A stretch of DNA of 63,334 nt, from positions 1 to 63,334 of the forward strand of contig JBQTID010000055.1 of NCBI GenBank assembly GCA_052389275.1. Direction: 5' to 3'. The position numbers were made by a program, and so were the translations under genes. This document shows positions 1 through 10,203 of the stretch, in pieces. The DNA is from Gemmatimonadota bacterium (GTDB lineage Bacteria > Gemmatimonadota > Gemmatimonadetes > Longimicrobiales > RSA9). The notes under the pieces are model-generated. The model was given only the letters and a program-made list of their open reading frames with translations, did not search any database and was not told the origin of the DNA. Within the stretch, counting starts at the first letter, position 1. Every line of letters starts with the position of its first letter.

Positions 1-1787
1 CACACCTTGTTGGCAAAGTTGCGGCCGTGCGAGAAGGCTTCTTCCAGATCTTCATGGTTGAGCAGCACATCCGTGCCGAGCCCCGAGCCTGCAATCACGG
101 TGTAGCGCAGCGCATCGGCACCATACAGCTCGACAACCTGCAGCGGATCGATGCCGTTGCCGAGCGACTTCGACATCTTGCGCCCCTTCGCATCGCGCAC
201 GATGCCATTCAAATAGACATCGCTGAACGGCACTTCGCCCATGAACTCGAGACCGGCCATGATCATGCGCGCGACCCAGAAGAACAGGATGTCGGGACCG
301 GTGACGAGTGTCGACGTCGGATAGAAAGCTTTCAGATCCGGCGTCTCATCGGGCCAGCCGAGTGTCGAGAAAGGCCACAGCCAGGATGAGAACCACGTAT
401 CCAGCACATCCGGATCCCGCAAGATTTCGCGTCTGCCGCACTTCGGGCAGCGGTCCGGCTCCTCGCGCGCTACGATCAGCTCGCGGCAGTCATGGTTGTC
501 GCAGTACCAGGCCGGAATGCGATGACCCCACCACAACTGTCGCGATATGCACCAGTCATGGATGTTCTCCAGCCAATTCTCGTAGACTTTGGTCCAGCGA
601 TCCGGCGTGAAACGAACGCGGCCGTCGCGCGCGGCCTGGAGCGCCGGTTCCGCGAGCGGCTTCATGCGCACGAACCACTGCTCCGACAGACGCGGCTCGA
701 CCACCGTGTCGCAACGGTAGCAATGCGGCACCGACAGCCTGTGGTCTTCGATCTTTTCGATCAGACCGAGTTCAGTCAGCTCCTTCACCACCGCCTTGCG
801 TGCCGCGAAGCGCTCCATGCCGCGGAAACGTTCCGGCACGTTTTCGTTCATATGCGCGTTCGGTGTCAGGATATTGAGCGCCGGCAGATCGTGGCGCTTC
901 ATCACCTGGAAATCATTGGGATCGTGCGCGGGTGTCATCTTCACCGCGCCACTGCCGAACTCAGGATCCGCGTACTCGTCGGCGATGATCGGAATCAGGC
1001 GCTGCGCGAGCGGCAGCTCGATGTCCGCGCCAAGCACCGCCTGGTAGCGCGCATCAGACGGATGCACGGCAACAGCGGTATCACCGAGCATGGTCTCGGG
1101 ACGCGTCGTCGCAATCGTGATGTAATTGCGGCCATCGGGCAGGGTGCGGCCATGCGCGAGCGGATAGCGCAGGTGATAGAGCTTGCCGCTGGTCTCGGTC
1201 GGCTCTGCTTCCTCATCGGCAAGCGCCGTCAAACAGCGCGGGCACCAGTTGATGATGTAATTGCCACGATAGATGAGTCCCTTCTCGTAGAGCCGCACGA
1301 AGACCTCGCGCACGGCGCGCGACAACTGCGGATCGAGTGTAAACGCGGTGCGGTGCCAGTCACACGAGCAGCCAATCGCCCGCAGCTGCTCGAGAATCGT
1401 CGAACCGGTCTCGTGCACGAAATCCCAGACGAGTTCCACGAAGACTTCGCGGCCGAGATCATCACGGGTCTTGCCTTCCTTCGCGATGATGCGCTCGACC
1501 ACGTTTTGCGTAGCAATGCCAGCGTGATCGGTGCCCGGCAGGTAGAGCGCCTGATATCCCTGCATGCGGCGCCAGCGCGTCAACACATCCTGAAGCGTGT
1601 TATTGAGACCGTGACCCATGTGCAAAACGGCGGTCACATTCGGCGGCGGAATGACAATCGTGTAGGGTGGCGCGCCCGCGAAGACGGCATCAGCAGTCGG
1701 ATGGAAGTAGCCGTGCCGTTCCCACTCTTCGTAGAGAGGTTTTTCGAATGCGGATGGATCGTATCTGGTGTCCAGCGGTTCGCTCAT
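1..1787 (-). CDS. valS: valyl-tRNA synthetase, N-terminal ~595 codons (3' end lies beyond the window edge)
   Basis: The minus frame is open from base 1 to the ATG at 1785-1787. It is missing from the ORF track because there is no stop in the window. My translation reads [65 protein letters not shown], with class I HIGH and KMSKS motifs. The plus ORF 492..1799 is its antisense shadow. Confidence 0.9.
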   Translation of the reverse strand, partial: MSEPLDTRYDPSAFEKPLYEEWERHGYFHPTADAVFAGAPPYTIVIPPPNVTAVLHMGHGLNNTLQDVLTRWRRMQGYQALYLPGTDHAGIATQNVVERIIAKEGKTRDDLGREVFVELVWDFVHETGSTILEQLRAIGCSCDWHRTAFTLDPQLSRAVREVFVRLYEKGLIYRGNYIINWCPRCLTALADEEAEPTETSGKLYHLRYPLAHGRTLPDGRNYITIATTRPETMLGDTAVAVHPSDARYQAVLGADIELPLAQRLIPIIADEYADPEFGSGAVKMTPAHDPNDFQVMKRHDLPALNILTPNAHMNENVPERFRGMERFAARKAVVKELTELGLIEKIEDHRLSVPHCYRCDTVVEPRLSEQWFVRMKPLAEPALQAARDGRVRFTPDRWTKVYENWLENIHDWCISRQLWWGHRIPAWYCDNHDCRELIVAREEPDRCPKCGRREILRDPDVLDTWFSSWLWPFSTLGWPDETPDLKAFYPTSTLVTGPDILFFWVARMIMAGLEFMGEVPFSDVYLNGIVRDAKGRKMSKSLGNGIDPLQVVELYGADALRYTVIAGSGLGTDVLLNHEDLEEAFSHGRNFANKV

Positions 1788-1822
1788 GCGGAAGGTTAGC
1801 GAACCGCTGGTTCGGCAGTCAA

Positions 1823-2500
1823 TCAAGCAGGCTGGCGCGGCTCCGATCGGTCTGCCGCCGGCGGTGGGCCCGGCTCATCGGAGGAAGGATCAGGCGAGCG
1901 CGGCGCGACGTCGCTCGTCAATGCGCCCGCGCGCGAAACACCAATGCGCACGCCGGTGCCCTCCATTTCTTCAACATCGGTGAGAACATCATCGCGATTC
2001 GGCTGAAGTGAACGCGCGCGCATTGCAATCGAATCATCAGGCTGTGGCGGATCGGTCTCGCGACTCTGACGCCGCTTGCCGATGCCGACACGGCCACCGT
2101 ACCAACGCGGACCATCGCCGTCGCGCTGTTTGCGATTGCGCTGCAGCCTCTCCTCGACTGCTGGGATTTCCAGCCGGTTCAATACGGCATGCACGCCCGG
2201 CACCGCGTCGATCAGATCGACGACGCGCCGCGCAGCATCCGCGCGCTCAACCGCGCCGGAGACCTCGATGACGCCGGGACCAACCGCCGAAATATCGATT
2301 CCCTGTGAGCGCGTGATCTCGTCGCCAAGCAGCGCCTGGAGCACGCGTTTTTCGAGTGAGCGGCTGTCCAGCCGCCGCTGCACCGGACCGGATTTGACCA
2401 ATCGCGACAAGGCGTACGCTGCGGCCGCGCCCGTGAGCGCGACCCCCGCAACGATCGCCCAAGTGGCCGTTTCGGGACGCTTCCTGCGCTTGAGCCTCAT
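1823..2500 (-). CDS. membrane-anchored BON-domain protein
   Basis: Part of ORF 1823..2635. The likely start is the internal [29 protein letters not shown] (TM anchor), preceded by GAGGAG. The core [47 protein letters not shown] looks like a BON domain. Confidence 0.6.
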   Translation of the reverse strand: MRLKRRKRPETATWAIVAGVALTGAAAAYALSRLVKSGPVQRRLDSRSLEKRVLQALLGDEITRSQGIDISAVGPGVIEVSGAVERADAARRVVDLIDAVPGVHAVLNRLEIPAVEERLQRNRKQRDGDGPRWYGGRVGIGKRRQSRETDPPQPDDSIAMRARSLQPNRDDVLTDVEEMEGTGVRIGVSRAGALTSDVAPRSPDPSSDEPGPPPAADRSEPRQPA

Positions 2501-2717
2501 GCCATCTCCTCGGGTTTTTGAGTCAGAAGCCGGCCCTGGATAGTCGTGCAAGTCACAGACCAGCAAACAGTTGGAGCGCATGGGTAGCCACTTCGGTGCC
2601 GGCCCCGAAGCCCGCATGAAAAGCTTGCTAATCAATCCGGCACTCGTGTAAACTTAACGCCCCACTCAATTTGACTCTCCCGAAACTTTACCGATCTCAG
2701 GACGGGATGGTAATTAC

Positions 2718-4922
2718 GTGATACAGGGTCCGGATACGCCCTGGAGTGATGTCCTGCGCAGTCAGCTTACGTGGCAGTCGCTAGCAGCGGCTTCCACGTT
2801 ATTCTCGCTTGCCATTCGTCCTCGTCTGTTCGCGAATCGCGCCGAACAAACGCCGCAGGTTGCGCCGGATCGCCTGCGCGCGCTGCTCGACAAATCGTTT
2901 TCGGTCATGTGCATTGTCGATGGCATCGGCATTGTGCGCGCGATAACGCCGAATGCTGCGCACGTGCTCGGCGAGGCGTGCGATCGCGCAGCCGAGCTGG
3001 AGCTGGCGTTCGGGGAGCTGCTCCAAGCCGACCACCCCGAAGCGGTGCAAGCTGCGCTCGATGAGTTATCGCGCGCGGATGCAGCGGAGATGCGCACCTG
3101 GACTTTCCGAACCCGCGCACCGGACGGTACGCCGCGCCGGCTGGAAGCGGTCGGCACAAATCGTTTGTTCGATGCGGATATCACCGGCTTCACATTCGAG
3201 ATCCGCGACATAACCAAATCCTACGCCGCTCAGCAGCGCAATCGCATTTCGGGCACCGCTCTCGAACAATCTCCAGACAGTGTCATCATCACCAACGCCC
3301 AAGGCTTCATCGAATACGTCAATTCTGCATTCGAGAATTTGTCGGGGTATCGTTTGCCGGAACTGCGCGGCCGCACACCGGCGCTGTTGAAGTCGGACAA
3401 GCAGCCACCCGAAGTCTTCGAGCGCATGTGGCGCATACTGAAGGCGGGCAACGTATTCCGCGGTGAAGTCGCCAACCGCAAGAAGTCTGGCGAGATCTAC
3501 TTCGAAGACCTGATCATCGAGCCGATTCACGACGACCATGGGGTAGTGACCCATTTCATCTCGATTGGCCGCGACATTACCGAGAAGAAGCGCGCCGACA
3601 CGAACGCCGAAAGCGCGGCCTTCTACGATCCGATCAGCGGCATATCGACCTTCAAGCTGCTGCGCGAGCGGTCGCGTCAGATGCTGGCGCTCGCGCGTCG
3701 CCACGGTCATACCGCGGCGCTGCTGCATATCGACTTGAATGGGCTGCAAGCCGTCAACATCAGCCTCGGCCGCGAGGTCGGTGATGAGCTGTTACGCAAA
3801 TTCGCGGAACGCTTGAAGCAGGGGCTGCGCGAGAGCGATTCGATTGCGCGCCTGCACAGTGATGAGTTCCTGATCCTGCTCAGCGATGTCGCGGAGGAAG
3901 ATGCGACTGCTCGCGTGGTCCGCCGCCTGAAGGACAGCGTGAGTCGTCCGTTCCAGATCGGCTCGCATTCCGTCAACCTGGGCGCCAGCTTCGGTGTGTC
4001 TCTATACCCACAGGATGCGACGACCTTCGACGAGATGCTCGAGTATGCTTCGCTCGCAATGAAGCGCGCGCAGAGCAGTGGCAGCGGCTACGAATTCTAT
4101 CGCAAGGAGCTGACCGAGATCACCCTCGAGCGGCTCTCACTCGAAGACGATCTGCGCTGGGCCTGGGAACGCAAACAGTTCGTGCTGCACTATCAGCCCG
4201 TGATTGCGCTCTCCACGAACCGCATGATCGGCGCGGAAGCGCTGGCGCGCGGCCACATCATCGGCGCCGAAGCGCTGGCGCGCTGGCCGCACATGGAACG
4301 CGGCGAGATTTCTCCCGCGCAATTCATCCCGGTCGCCGAGCGCACGGGCCGCATTGTCGCACTGGATCGCTGGGCGATCGCGACTGCGACACGGCAGGCG
4401 GCCATGTGGTCACAGGAAGGCTGGCAAGGCTGGGTCTCCGTCAATTTGTCGGCGCGCTCGCTGCACGACGCGGACCTCCCCAGCTACATCGCGCGCTGCT
4501 TCGAGACGCACGGCCTGGAAGCCGGGCGCCTGGTGCTCGAGGTCACCGAGAGCGCGGCGATGCGCGATATCGAGATTACCGCGCGTATTCTCACGCAGCT
4601 GAAGCAGGCGGGCGCACTGATAGCACTCGATGATTTCGGCGTCGGGCATTCCTCACTTGCATACCTCAAGCATTTCCCGGTTGATCTGCTCAAGCTCGAT
4701 CACAACTTCGTGTCGGGCATTGGCTACGAGAAAAAGCACGAGCATCTGATCGAGACCATGATTACGCTGGCGCACCGGATCGGGGCGCAGGTCGTGGCGG
4801 AAGGCGTGGAGCAGGGCGAGCAACTGGATTGGCTGCGGTGCGCGGAATGCGACTATGTGCAGGGTTATTTGCTCGGCAGGCCGCAGCCGGCCGATGTTGT
4901 TTGGGGGAGCGTGGGAACATGA
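2718..4922 (+). CDS. PAS - degenerate GGDEF - EAL signalling protein (probable c-di-GMP phosphodiesterase)
   Basis: 734 aa ORF. PAS-like blocks (SPDSVIITNAQGFIEYVNSAFENLSGY). The GGDEF position reads HSDEF. EAL-domain blocks are present: EALAR, QFIPVAERTG, LEVTES, ALDDFGVGHSSLAYLK, AEGVE, QGYL. Confidence 0.85.
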   Translation: MIQGPDTPWSDVLRSQLTWQSLAAASTLFSLAIRPRLFANRAEQTPQVAPDRLRALLDKSFSVMCIVDGIGIVRAITPNAAHVLGEACDRAAELELAFGELLQADHPEAVQAALDELSRADAAEMRTWTFRTRAPDGTPRRLEAVGTNRLFDADITGFTFEIRDITKSYAAQQRNRISGTALEQSPDSVIITNAQGFIEYVNSAFENLSGYRLPELRGRTPALLKSDKQPPEVFERMWRILKAGNVFRGEVANRKKSGEIYFEDLIIEPIHDDHGVVTHFISIGRDITEKKRADTNAESAAFYDPISGISTFKLLRERSRQMLALARRHGHTAALLHIDLNGLQAVNISLGREVGDELLRKFAERLKQGLRESDSIARLHSDEFLILLSDVAEEDATARVVRRLKDSVSRPFQIGSHSVNLGASFGVSLYPQDATTFDEMLEYASLAMKRAQSSGSGYEFYRKELTEITLERLSLEDDLRWAWERKQFVLHYQPVIALSTNRMIGAEALARGHIIGAEALARWPHMERGEISPAQFIPVAERTGRIVALDRWAIATATRQAAMWSQEGWQGWVSVNLSARSLHDADLPSYIARCFETHGLEAGRLVLEVTESAAMRDIEITARILTQLKQAGALIALDDFGVGHSSLAYLKHFPVDLLKLDHNFVSGIGYEKKHEHLIETMITLAHRIGAQVVAEGVEQGEQLDWLRCAECDYVQGYLLGRPQPADVVWGSVGT

Positions 4923-4976
4923 GAACATGGGAGCATGGGTTTCGCGTTCCCATGCTGCCATGATCCCATGATCCCC
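4903..4976. repeat. period-8 inverted-arm hairpin (GGGAGCAT family) between convergent genes
   Basis: Left arm is GGGAGCGT GGGAACAT GAGAACAT GGGAGCAT GGG, loop TTTCGCGTT, right arm CCCATGCT GCCATGAT CCCATGAT CCCC. The stem is about 27 bp with 4-5 mismatches. The left arm contains the last codons and the stop of the EAL gene. Confidence 0.85.
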
Positions 4977-5855
4977 TCATCTCTCACTGATAGGGGCGGC
5001 TTCGGCCGCCTTTTTCTTTTCTTCCCGCTCTTTTTCCTTGCGCGCGCGAATCGCTTTCACTCGCTGATTGAAGCTCTGACGTCCGATCTCGGAGCTCGCC
5101 TGCCGCTCGATCTCGGCGAAATCGCGGTTGCGCGCGTTGATCTCATCGCGCCGGCCGTCGGGTGCCTTGAACGCGACCTGCGGCAACTTGATGTCGCCCA
5201 ATTGAATCGTGCCGTCCGGATTGATGCCCCAGCGCTTGCCGTCCTTGGTCTTGATCGTCCAGTCGAATGCGCGCCTGCGCGCCTCGGCTTCCGCAGCGAC
5301 CGAGTCGTGGTAGGCTCCCAGACTTTGCGCGATACGCGCGCGCACCGCCGCAGCGGGTGATGCATCCGGAGGCAGCGTGTAGCGCGCGCTACCGCTCAGA
5401 CGTGGGTCGATCGTGGTCGGCCGCAGGCGATCCGCCAGCGAGCCGCCCCGACCGCCGCCGTCATCGGCTGGCTCGACCGTTTCGGGACCCGGCGTAGCTT
5501 CCGGAATTCCTACAACCGGCCCCGGCGTCAGAATGACTTCCTCGGCGCCGGTTCGATCGCGATCCCGGTCTCGATCCCGACTCGATGCCGGCTCGACCGG
5601 CGCCGCAGTCTGTGGCATGCTGATGATTTGTGGCTCGTCTTCGGGAACCACAATCGTGATTTGCTCGAAGAGCTTGTGTGCGAGCGTTGGGATGAACGGT
5701 CTGGTTAGAAGGATCAGCAGCCCAATCGCGACGATATGAACAAGCACCGCGAGCGCGAGGGATGTTGGAGAGCGCGTGCCGCCCGGTTTGGTCGCGAGCA
5801 GCGTCCCGAACAAGCGGGGGCTGTCGGGTCTGCGCTTCTGTCCTTCTACAGCCAT
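4977..5855 (-). CDS. hypothetical membrane-anchored protein with Pro/Asp/Arg-rich linker
   Basis: 292 aa ORF with an N-terminal TM segment (LALAVLVHIVAIGLLILL), an RDRDRDRDR low-complexity linker and a Lys/Glu-rich C-terminus. I recognised no family. Confidence 0.5.
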   Translation of the reverse strand: MAVEGQKRRPDSPRLFGTLLATKPGGTRSPTSLALAVLVHIVAIGLLILLTRPFIPTLAHKLFEQITIVVPEDEPQIISMPQTAAPVEPASSRDRDRDRDRTGAEEVILTPGPVVGIPEATPGPETVEPADDGGGRGGSLADRLRPTTIDPRLSGSARYTLPPDASPAAAVRARIAQSLGAYHDSVAAEAEARRRAFDWTIKTKDGKRWGINPDGTIQLGDIKLPQVAFKAPDGRRDEINARNRDFAEIERQASSEIGRQSFNQRVKAIRARKEKEREEKKKAAEAAPISER

Positions 5856-5899
5856 TTAGATACTAACCCCCGCTTTCAACGCGGTTCCTGGCAGCGATT

Positions 5900-7075
5900 C
5901 TACAACAGTCGCGCCAGCCTCTGCGCCGCTTCTTCCAGCCGCTCGATCGGCTGTGTCAGCGCAACGCGGAAAAATCCTTCGCCACCGGCTCCGAGTGCGG
6001 ATCCCGGCATAATTACGACACCTTGCTCGAGCAAGGCCCTGCGTGCAAACGGCCACGATAGCTGATTGCCTGGCATCGGCACCCAGAAGTACATGGCGGC
6101 ACGCGGCAACCCCACCTCGAAGCCCGCGGCATTCAGCGCGGCATGCATGGCGTCGCGACGCTGTCTGAAAGCTTCCACGTTGCGCGGCACCCACTGGTCG
6201 TAGCTTTCCAGAGCTGCTTTACCGGCCGCCTGCACCGCGAGAAACTGACCGGTATCCACGAACGCCTTGACGCGGGCGAGCGCGGCAATCACGGGCTGCG
6301 CTCCCGCGGCCCAGCCCAGGCGCCAACCCGTCATGTTGTACGTCTTCGAAAACGAATGGAATTCCACCGCGACATCCCGGGCGCCTTCGATCTCGAAGAT
6401 GCTGGGCGGACAATAACCGTCGAACGCGATCTCGCTGTACGCGTTGTCGTACACGAGCAGAATCCCGTTCTCCTGACAAAACCGCACTGCGCCTTCCAGA
6501 TACGCGCGCGGCGCTATCGCGGCAGTGGGATTATTCGGGTAGTTCAAATACAGGATGCGCGCCCTCTCGATAACGTTAGGCGGCAGCTCTTCCAGCGGAA
6601 TCAGAAACTCGTTTTCCGGGCGCAACGGTACCGTATACGCGCTGCCACCTGACAGCAGCGTTCCGCCGATATACGGCTGGTAGCCAGGATCGGGCACGAT
6701 CGTGACATCACCCGGCTCGACGTAGCAGAAAGCGAGGTGCGCAATGCCTTCCTTCGAGCCGACCAGCGGAATCACTTCGTTGAACGGATCGAGCTGCACG
6801 CCGAAACGTTTCTGCATCCACGCCGACACCGCCTCGCGATAAGCAGGCAGTCCGAGTTGAAAACCGTAACGGCTCATCGCCGGATTCTCGACCGCATCCT
6901 GAACCGCCTGCACCGCGGCCGGCGGCGGTGCGAGATCCGCATCACCCGCACCCAGATCGATCACGTCCATGCCGCGCGCGATCAAATCACGCTTGATCTG
7001 CGGAACATCTGCGAGCGGGTACTGCGGAAACGCCTTGAAGCGCTCCGCGGTGCTGATCATTTGCCCTGTTACCAT
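5900..7075 (-). CDS. class I/II PLP aminotransferase, LL-diaminopimelate aminotransferase-like
   Basis: 391 aa. Motifs NYPNNPT and SFSKTYNMTGWRLGW (PLP lysine motif). Overall it resembles DapL/aspartate aminotransferases. Confidence 0.75.
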   Translation of the reverse strand: MVTGQMISTAERFKAFPQYPLADVPQIKRDLIARGMDVIDLGAGDADLAPPPAAVQAVQDAVENPAMSRYGFQLGLPAYREAVSAWMQKRFGVQLDPFNEVIPLVGSKEGIAHLAFCYVEPGDVTIVPDPGYQPYIGGTLLSGGSAYTVPLRPENEFLIPLEELPPNVIERARILYLNYPNNPTAAIAPRAYLEGAVRFCQENGILLVYDNAYSEIAFDGYCPPSIFEIEGARDVAVEFHSFSKTYNMTGWRLGWAAGAQPVIAALARVKAFVDTGQFLAVQAAGKAALESYDQWVPRNVEAFRQRRDAMHAALNAAGFEVGLPRAAMYFWVPMPGNQLSWPFARRALLEQGVVIMPGSALGAGGEGFFRVALTQPIERLEEAAQRLARLL

Positions 7076-7719
7076 CGCGCCTCGTCTTCGTGTGCAATTA
7101 CGGGATTCTGCACGGGCTCGAAACCGGCGATTTCGACTTCGACGACGTCGCCCGGATACAATTGGCCAACTCCTTCCGGCGTGCCGGTCGCGACAATGTC
7201 CCCGGGTTCGAGTGTCATGATGCGGCTGATGTATGAGATCAGCACCGGAATGCCGAACACCATGTCGTTTGCGCGCCCGTCCTGGCGCACCTCGCCGTTG
7301 ACTCTGCTAATGACTTCGAGATCGCGCCATTGCGTCACCTTGAAGAGCGGAATGATCTCCCCGATCGGGCAGAAGGTATCGTAGCCTTTCGCGCGCGTGA
7401 ATTGAACGTCCACGCGCTGCAAGTCCCGCGCGGTCACGTCGTTTACGGGCGCGTAGCCGGCGAGCACGTCCAGCGCTTCAGCCTCGGATACATTGTGCGC
7501 GCGCTTGCCGATCACGAGGCCGATCTCCCCTTCGTAATCGACTTGTTGCGAGTCGAGCGGCAACACGATGGACTCGCCATTCGAGATCACCGAGCTCGGC
7601 GGCTTGAGGAACAGCAACGGGCGTTCCGGTAGCTCATTGCCCAACTCGCGGGCATGCGCCGCATAATTACGGCCGACACATACGATCTTGGTCGGCCTGC
7701 GTGAGTTTCTGGTTACCAT
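7069..7719 (-). CDS. fumarylacetoacetate hydrolase (FAH) family protein
   Basis: Part of ORF 7069..7761. KIVCVGRNYAAHARELGN..RPLLFLKPPSS..DYEGEIGLVIG is typical of the FAH family. The preferred start, ATG at 7717-7719, overlaps the upstream TAA as TAATG. Confidence 0.8.
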   Translation of the reverse strand: MVTRNSRRPTKIVCVGRNYAAHARELGNELPERPLLFLKPPSSVISNGESIVLPLDSQQVDYEGEIGLVIGKRAHNVSEAEALDVLAGYAPVNDVTARDLQRVDVQFTRAKGYDTFCPIGEIIPLFKVTQWRDLEVISRVNGEVRQDGRANDMVFGIPVLISYISRIMTLEPGDIVATGTPEGVGQLYPGDVVEVEIAGFEPVQNPVIAHEDEARW

Positions 7720-10196
7720 TATTGATAGAATGCGAGCAGCTGCTCGGACAATTCGATCCATGGCCCGGTGCGAGCGGGCGCCCCCGGCAGCGTCTCGAGA
7801 AAGTAGCGGCCGTAGCCCTTTTCGAGAACCCGTCGGTCCAACAGGACCACGGCACCGCGGTCCGTGTCGGATCGGATCAACCTGCCGAAACCCTGTTTCA
7901 GCCGTAGCGCCGCGTGCGGCAGAATATAGTCCATGAAGCTGTTGCCGCCGTTGCGCTCGATGGCTTCGACGCGGGCGGCGGTCAACGGCTCGGTCGGTAC
8001 TTTGAACGGCAGCTTGTGGATCACGATGCCGCGCAGCGGATCGCCTGGCACGTCCACGCCTTCCCAGAAAGAGCTCACTCCCAGCAGGATGCCGCGACCC
8101 GATGCGACGAATGCATCCAGCAGCCGCGCACGCGCCTGCTCGCCCTGCACAAAGAGCGGCCAGCGCCGTTCGACGCCGGCTCTACGAAGGTTGGTCGCGA
8201 CCGCCTTCAGCGCGCGATAGGACGTGAAAAGCACGAAGATCCCGCCATCGGTTATCTCCGCAAAATCGGACACGATCTCCGCTGTGATGCGATTCAGCTC
8301 CGGCTGCTCGTCATTACGTGGTACGGGCAGATCGGTTGGAATCGCAATCATGGTCTGCTGGTCGTAGGCGAACGGCGATGGGTACGTAGCTTCACGAACG
8401 CGCAGCCCACCCGTAATGCCGAGCCTGCCACGCACGAACGAAAAACCATCACGCGTTGCCAGGGTCGCGGAAGTAAGTATTACGGTGTCGATGCGGTCGA
8501 ACAGCGCTTCGCGCAACGAATCGGCAATTTCGACAGGCGCGGCGCGCGCGGCGTGATTTACTTCGCGACCGGCCCGCCGCTCGAGCCAGCGCACCAGCGG
8601 CGTTTCCGCGCCTTCCCCCGTGAACACGAGTCGCAGCGCGTCCGCCGCCGAGCGCAATCGCGCCGCTGCGCCGTGCAGTTCGACGAGCTGTTCGGTCAAC
8701 GGCTCGGACCAATCGCGATCCACCATGACGGTATCACGCAGCTGTTCGATTCCCTTCGCGAGCAACGAGATGCCGGTCAGCGCGTTCTCATACGCCACAG
8801 CCATCCCATGCGTCCATTCAGGCGCGGCCGCGAACTCATCGCTCAGGCGCATGACACCATCATCGACGCGCGCAGTCAGGTCAGCTACGAACTGGAAGAG
8901 CTCTACAGTTTGTTCGCGCGCCCGCTCCACCGCCGGTCGCAGCTTCGAGATTTGTTTGAGCGCATCCTGCTGGAGCAGATCCTCCTTGCCACTGAGCAGG
9001 CGGGTCTCGAACCCGCCGAGCAGACCTTGGCCACGCCGGTCGAGACGGGTCAGAATGCGCAGCAGTCCGCGTCGCGTGATGCTCGCGCCCAGATGGTCGG
9101 TCGCCGCATCTTCCACGTTGTGCGCTTCGTCGAGAATCACGCGTTTGTAAGCAGGCAGCACCGCGGGCGCGCTGTAGTTGCCTTGACTGCGCCTGACCGC
9201 AATGTCGCTGAACAGCAGCGAGTGGTTGGCGACGATGACATCCGCGGCCGCCGCGTCCCGCCTCGCTTTTTGGTAAAAGCACTGCTCGAAGTGCGGGCAC
9301 TTGGCGCGCAGGCAGACATCACTGTCGCTTACGACTTCGTCCCACAGCTCGGGACTCGGCGTGAAGGGCAGATCCTGAAGCGAGCCTTCTTCAGTCGACC
9401 TCGACCATTCGAGCAACGCGTTGAGCGAATTCTGCTGCGTGTCGTCGAAGAGCACCGTCTGCGTTTGCTCGGCGAGCTTGGCCCGCCGGATCGAAATGTA
9501 GTTGCCGCGTCCCTTTACCAGTGCGAAGCGAAACTTCTCGCCAAGCGCGCGGTGAAGGAACGGCAAGTCCTTACGTACGAGCTGTTCCTGAAGATTAATC
9601 GTGTTGGTGGATACGACTGTGCGCTCGCGATTCTTCAGAGCCCAATAAATCGCCGGGATGAGATAGGCAACGCTCTTGCCTGTACCGGTGCCGGCCTCGA
9701 GAACTGCAACACCGCCGTCGTTGTAGGCACGCGCGACCGCGCGTGTGAAGTCGCGCTGCATCGGCCGGTCTTCATACGCGCCATGCGCTTCGCTGACCGC
9801 GCCACCAGGCCCCAGCGTTGCGGCCAGCTCTTCCGGATCGAGCGGCAAGACTTCCTTCGACAGCGCCGGCTCGAGCACGACATACAGCTCGCGCGCTTCA
9901 TTGTCGGTGATCGCGAAGCCGAGACCGTTGTCGTAGAGCCGCGCCGCGACTTCCATGTCGGCGTGGGAAGGCTCGAGTGTGCCGGACGGATGATTGTGCA
10001 GCACGAGCTGGCCGGGCACCGCGTCGCGCACCGCAGCGAGCACCGCGGCCTTGTGACCGCGCGCGACTACGCGCGGCTCAGCGACACCGCCGTCATCACC
10101 GACCGATGCGACGAAGCACACTTCCCGGCCCTTGGCCTGGGCTATTTCAGCGCGTATGCGCCGGATGGCGTCTGGGGAGAGGTAAAGCGAATGCAC
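7719..10196 (-). CDS. dinG: RadC-like JAB/MPN domain fused to a DinG/Rad3-family helicase
   Basis: 825 aa with a GTG start. The N-terminal ~110 aa carry an intact JAMM motif (E..HNHPSGTLEPSHAD). Then come Walker A AGTGTGKS, DEAHN, a Cys-rich insert DVCLRAKCPHFEQCFYQ, and C-terminal helicase blocks (SATL, SFWEGVDVPG, QGFGRLIR). Confidence 0.85.
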   Translation of the reverse strand: MHSLYLSPDAIRRIRAEIAQAKGREVCFVASVGDDGGVAEPRVVARGHKAAVLAAVRDAVPGQLVLHNHPSGTLEPSHADMEVAARLYDNGLGFAITDNEARELYVVLEPALSKEVLPLDPEELAATLGPGGAVSEAHGAYEDRPMQRDFTRAVARAYNDGGVAVLEAGTGTGKSVAYLIPAIYWALKNRERTVVSTNTINLQEQLVRKDLPFLHRALGEKFRFALVKGRGNYISIRRAKLAEQTQTVLFDDTQQNSLNALLEWSRSTEEGSLQDLPFTPSPELWDEVVSDSDVCLRAKCPHFEQCFYQKARRDAAAADVIVANHSLLFSDIAVRRSQGNYSAPAVLPAYKRVILDEAHNVEDAATDHLGASITRRGLLRILTRLDRRGQGLLGGFETRLLSGKEDLLQQDALKQISKLRPAVERAREQTVELFQFVADLTARVDDGVMRLSDEFAAAPEWTHGMAVAYENALTGISLLAKGIEQLRDTVMVDRDWSEPLTEQLVELHGAAARLRSAADALRLVFTGEGAETPLVRWLERRAGREVNHAARAAPVEIADSLREALFDRIDTVILTSATLATRDGFSFVRGRLGITGGLRVREATYPSPFAYDQQTMIAIPTDLPVPRNDEQPELNRITAEIVSDFAEITDGGIFVLFTSYRALKAVATNLRRAGVERRWPLFVQGEQARARLLDAFVASGRGILLGVSSFWEGVDVPGDPLRGIVIHKLPFKVPTEPLTAARVEAIERNGGNSFMDYILPHAALRLKQGFGRLIRSDTDRGAVVLLDRRVLEKGYGRYFLETLPGAPARTGPWIELSEQLLAFYQ

Positions 10197-10203
10197 ACCG
10201 AAA

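Noticed and set aside
492-1799. Long plus-strand ORF (435 aa). Similar long ORFs lie antisense to real genes at 7914..10208, 13402..14763, 32162..33310, 36307..37542, 41543..42769, 45116..46630 and 47255..48487.
   Set aside because: Each lies exactly opposite a gene with clear family motifs (valS, dinG, the DUF4175-like gene, rodA, mreB, pnp, DUF503-rbfA/infB). Their translations are Arg/Ala/His-rich with no recognisable motifs. Long stop-free antisense frames are expected in high-GC DNA.
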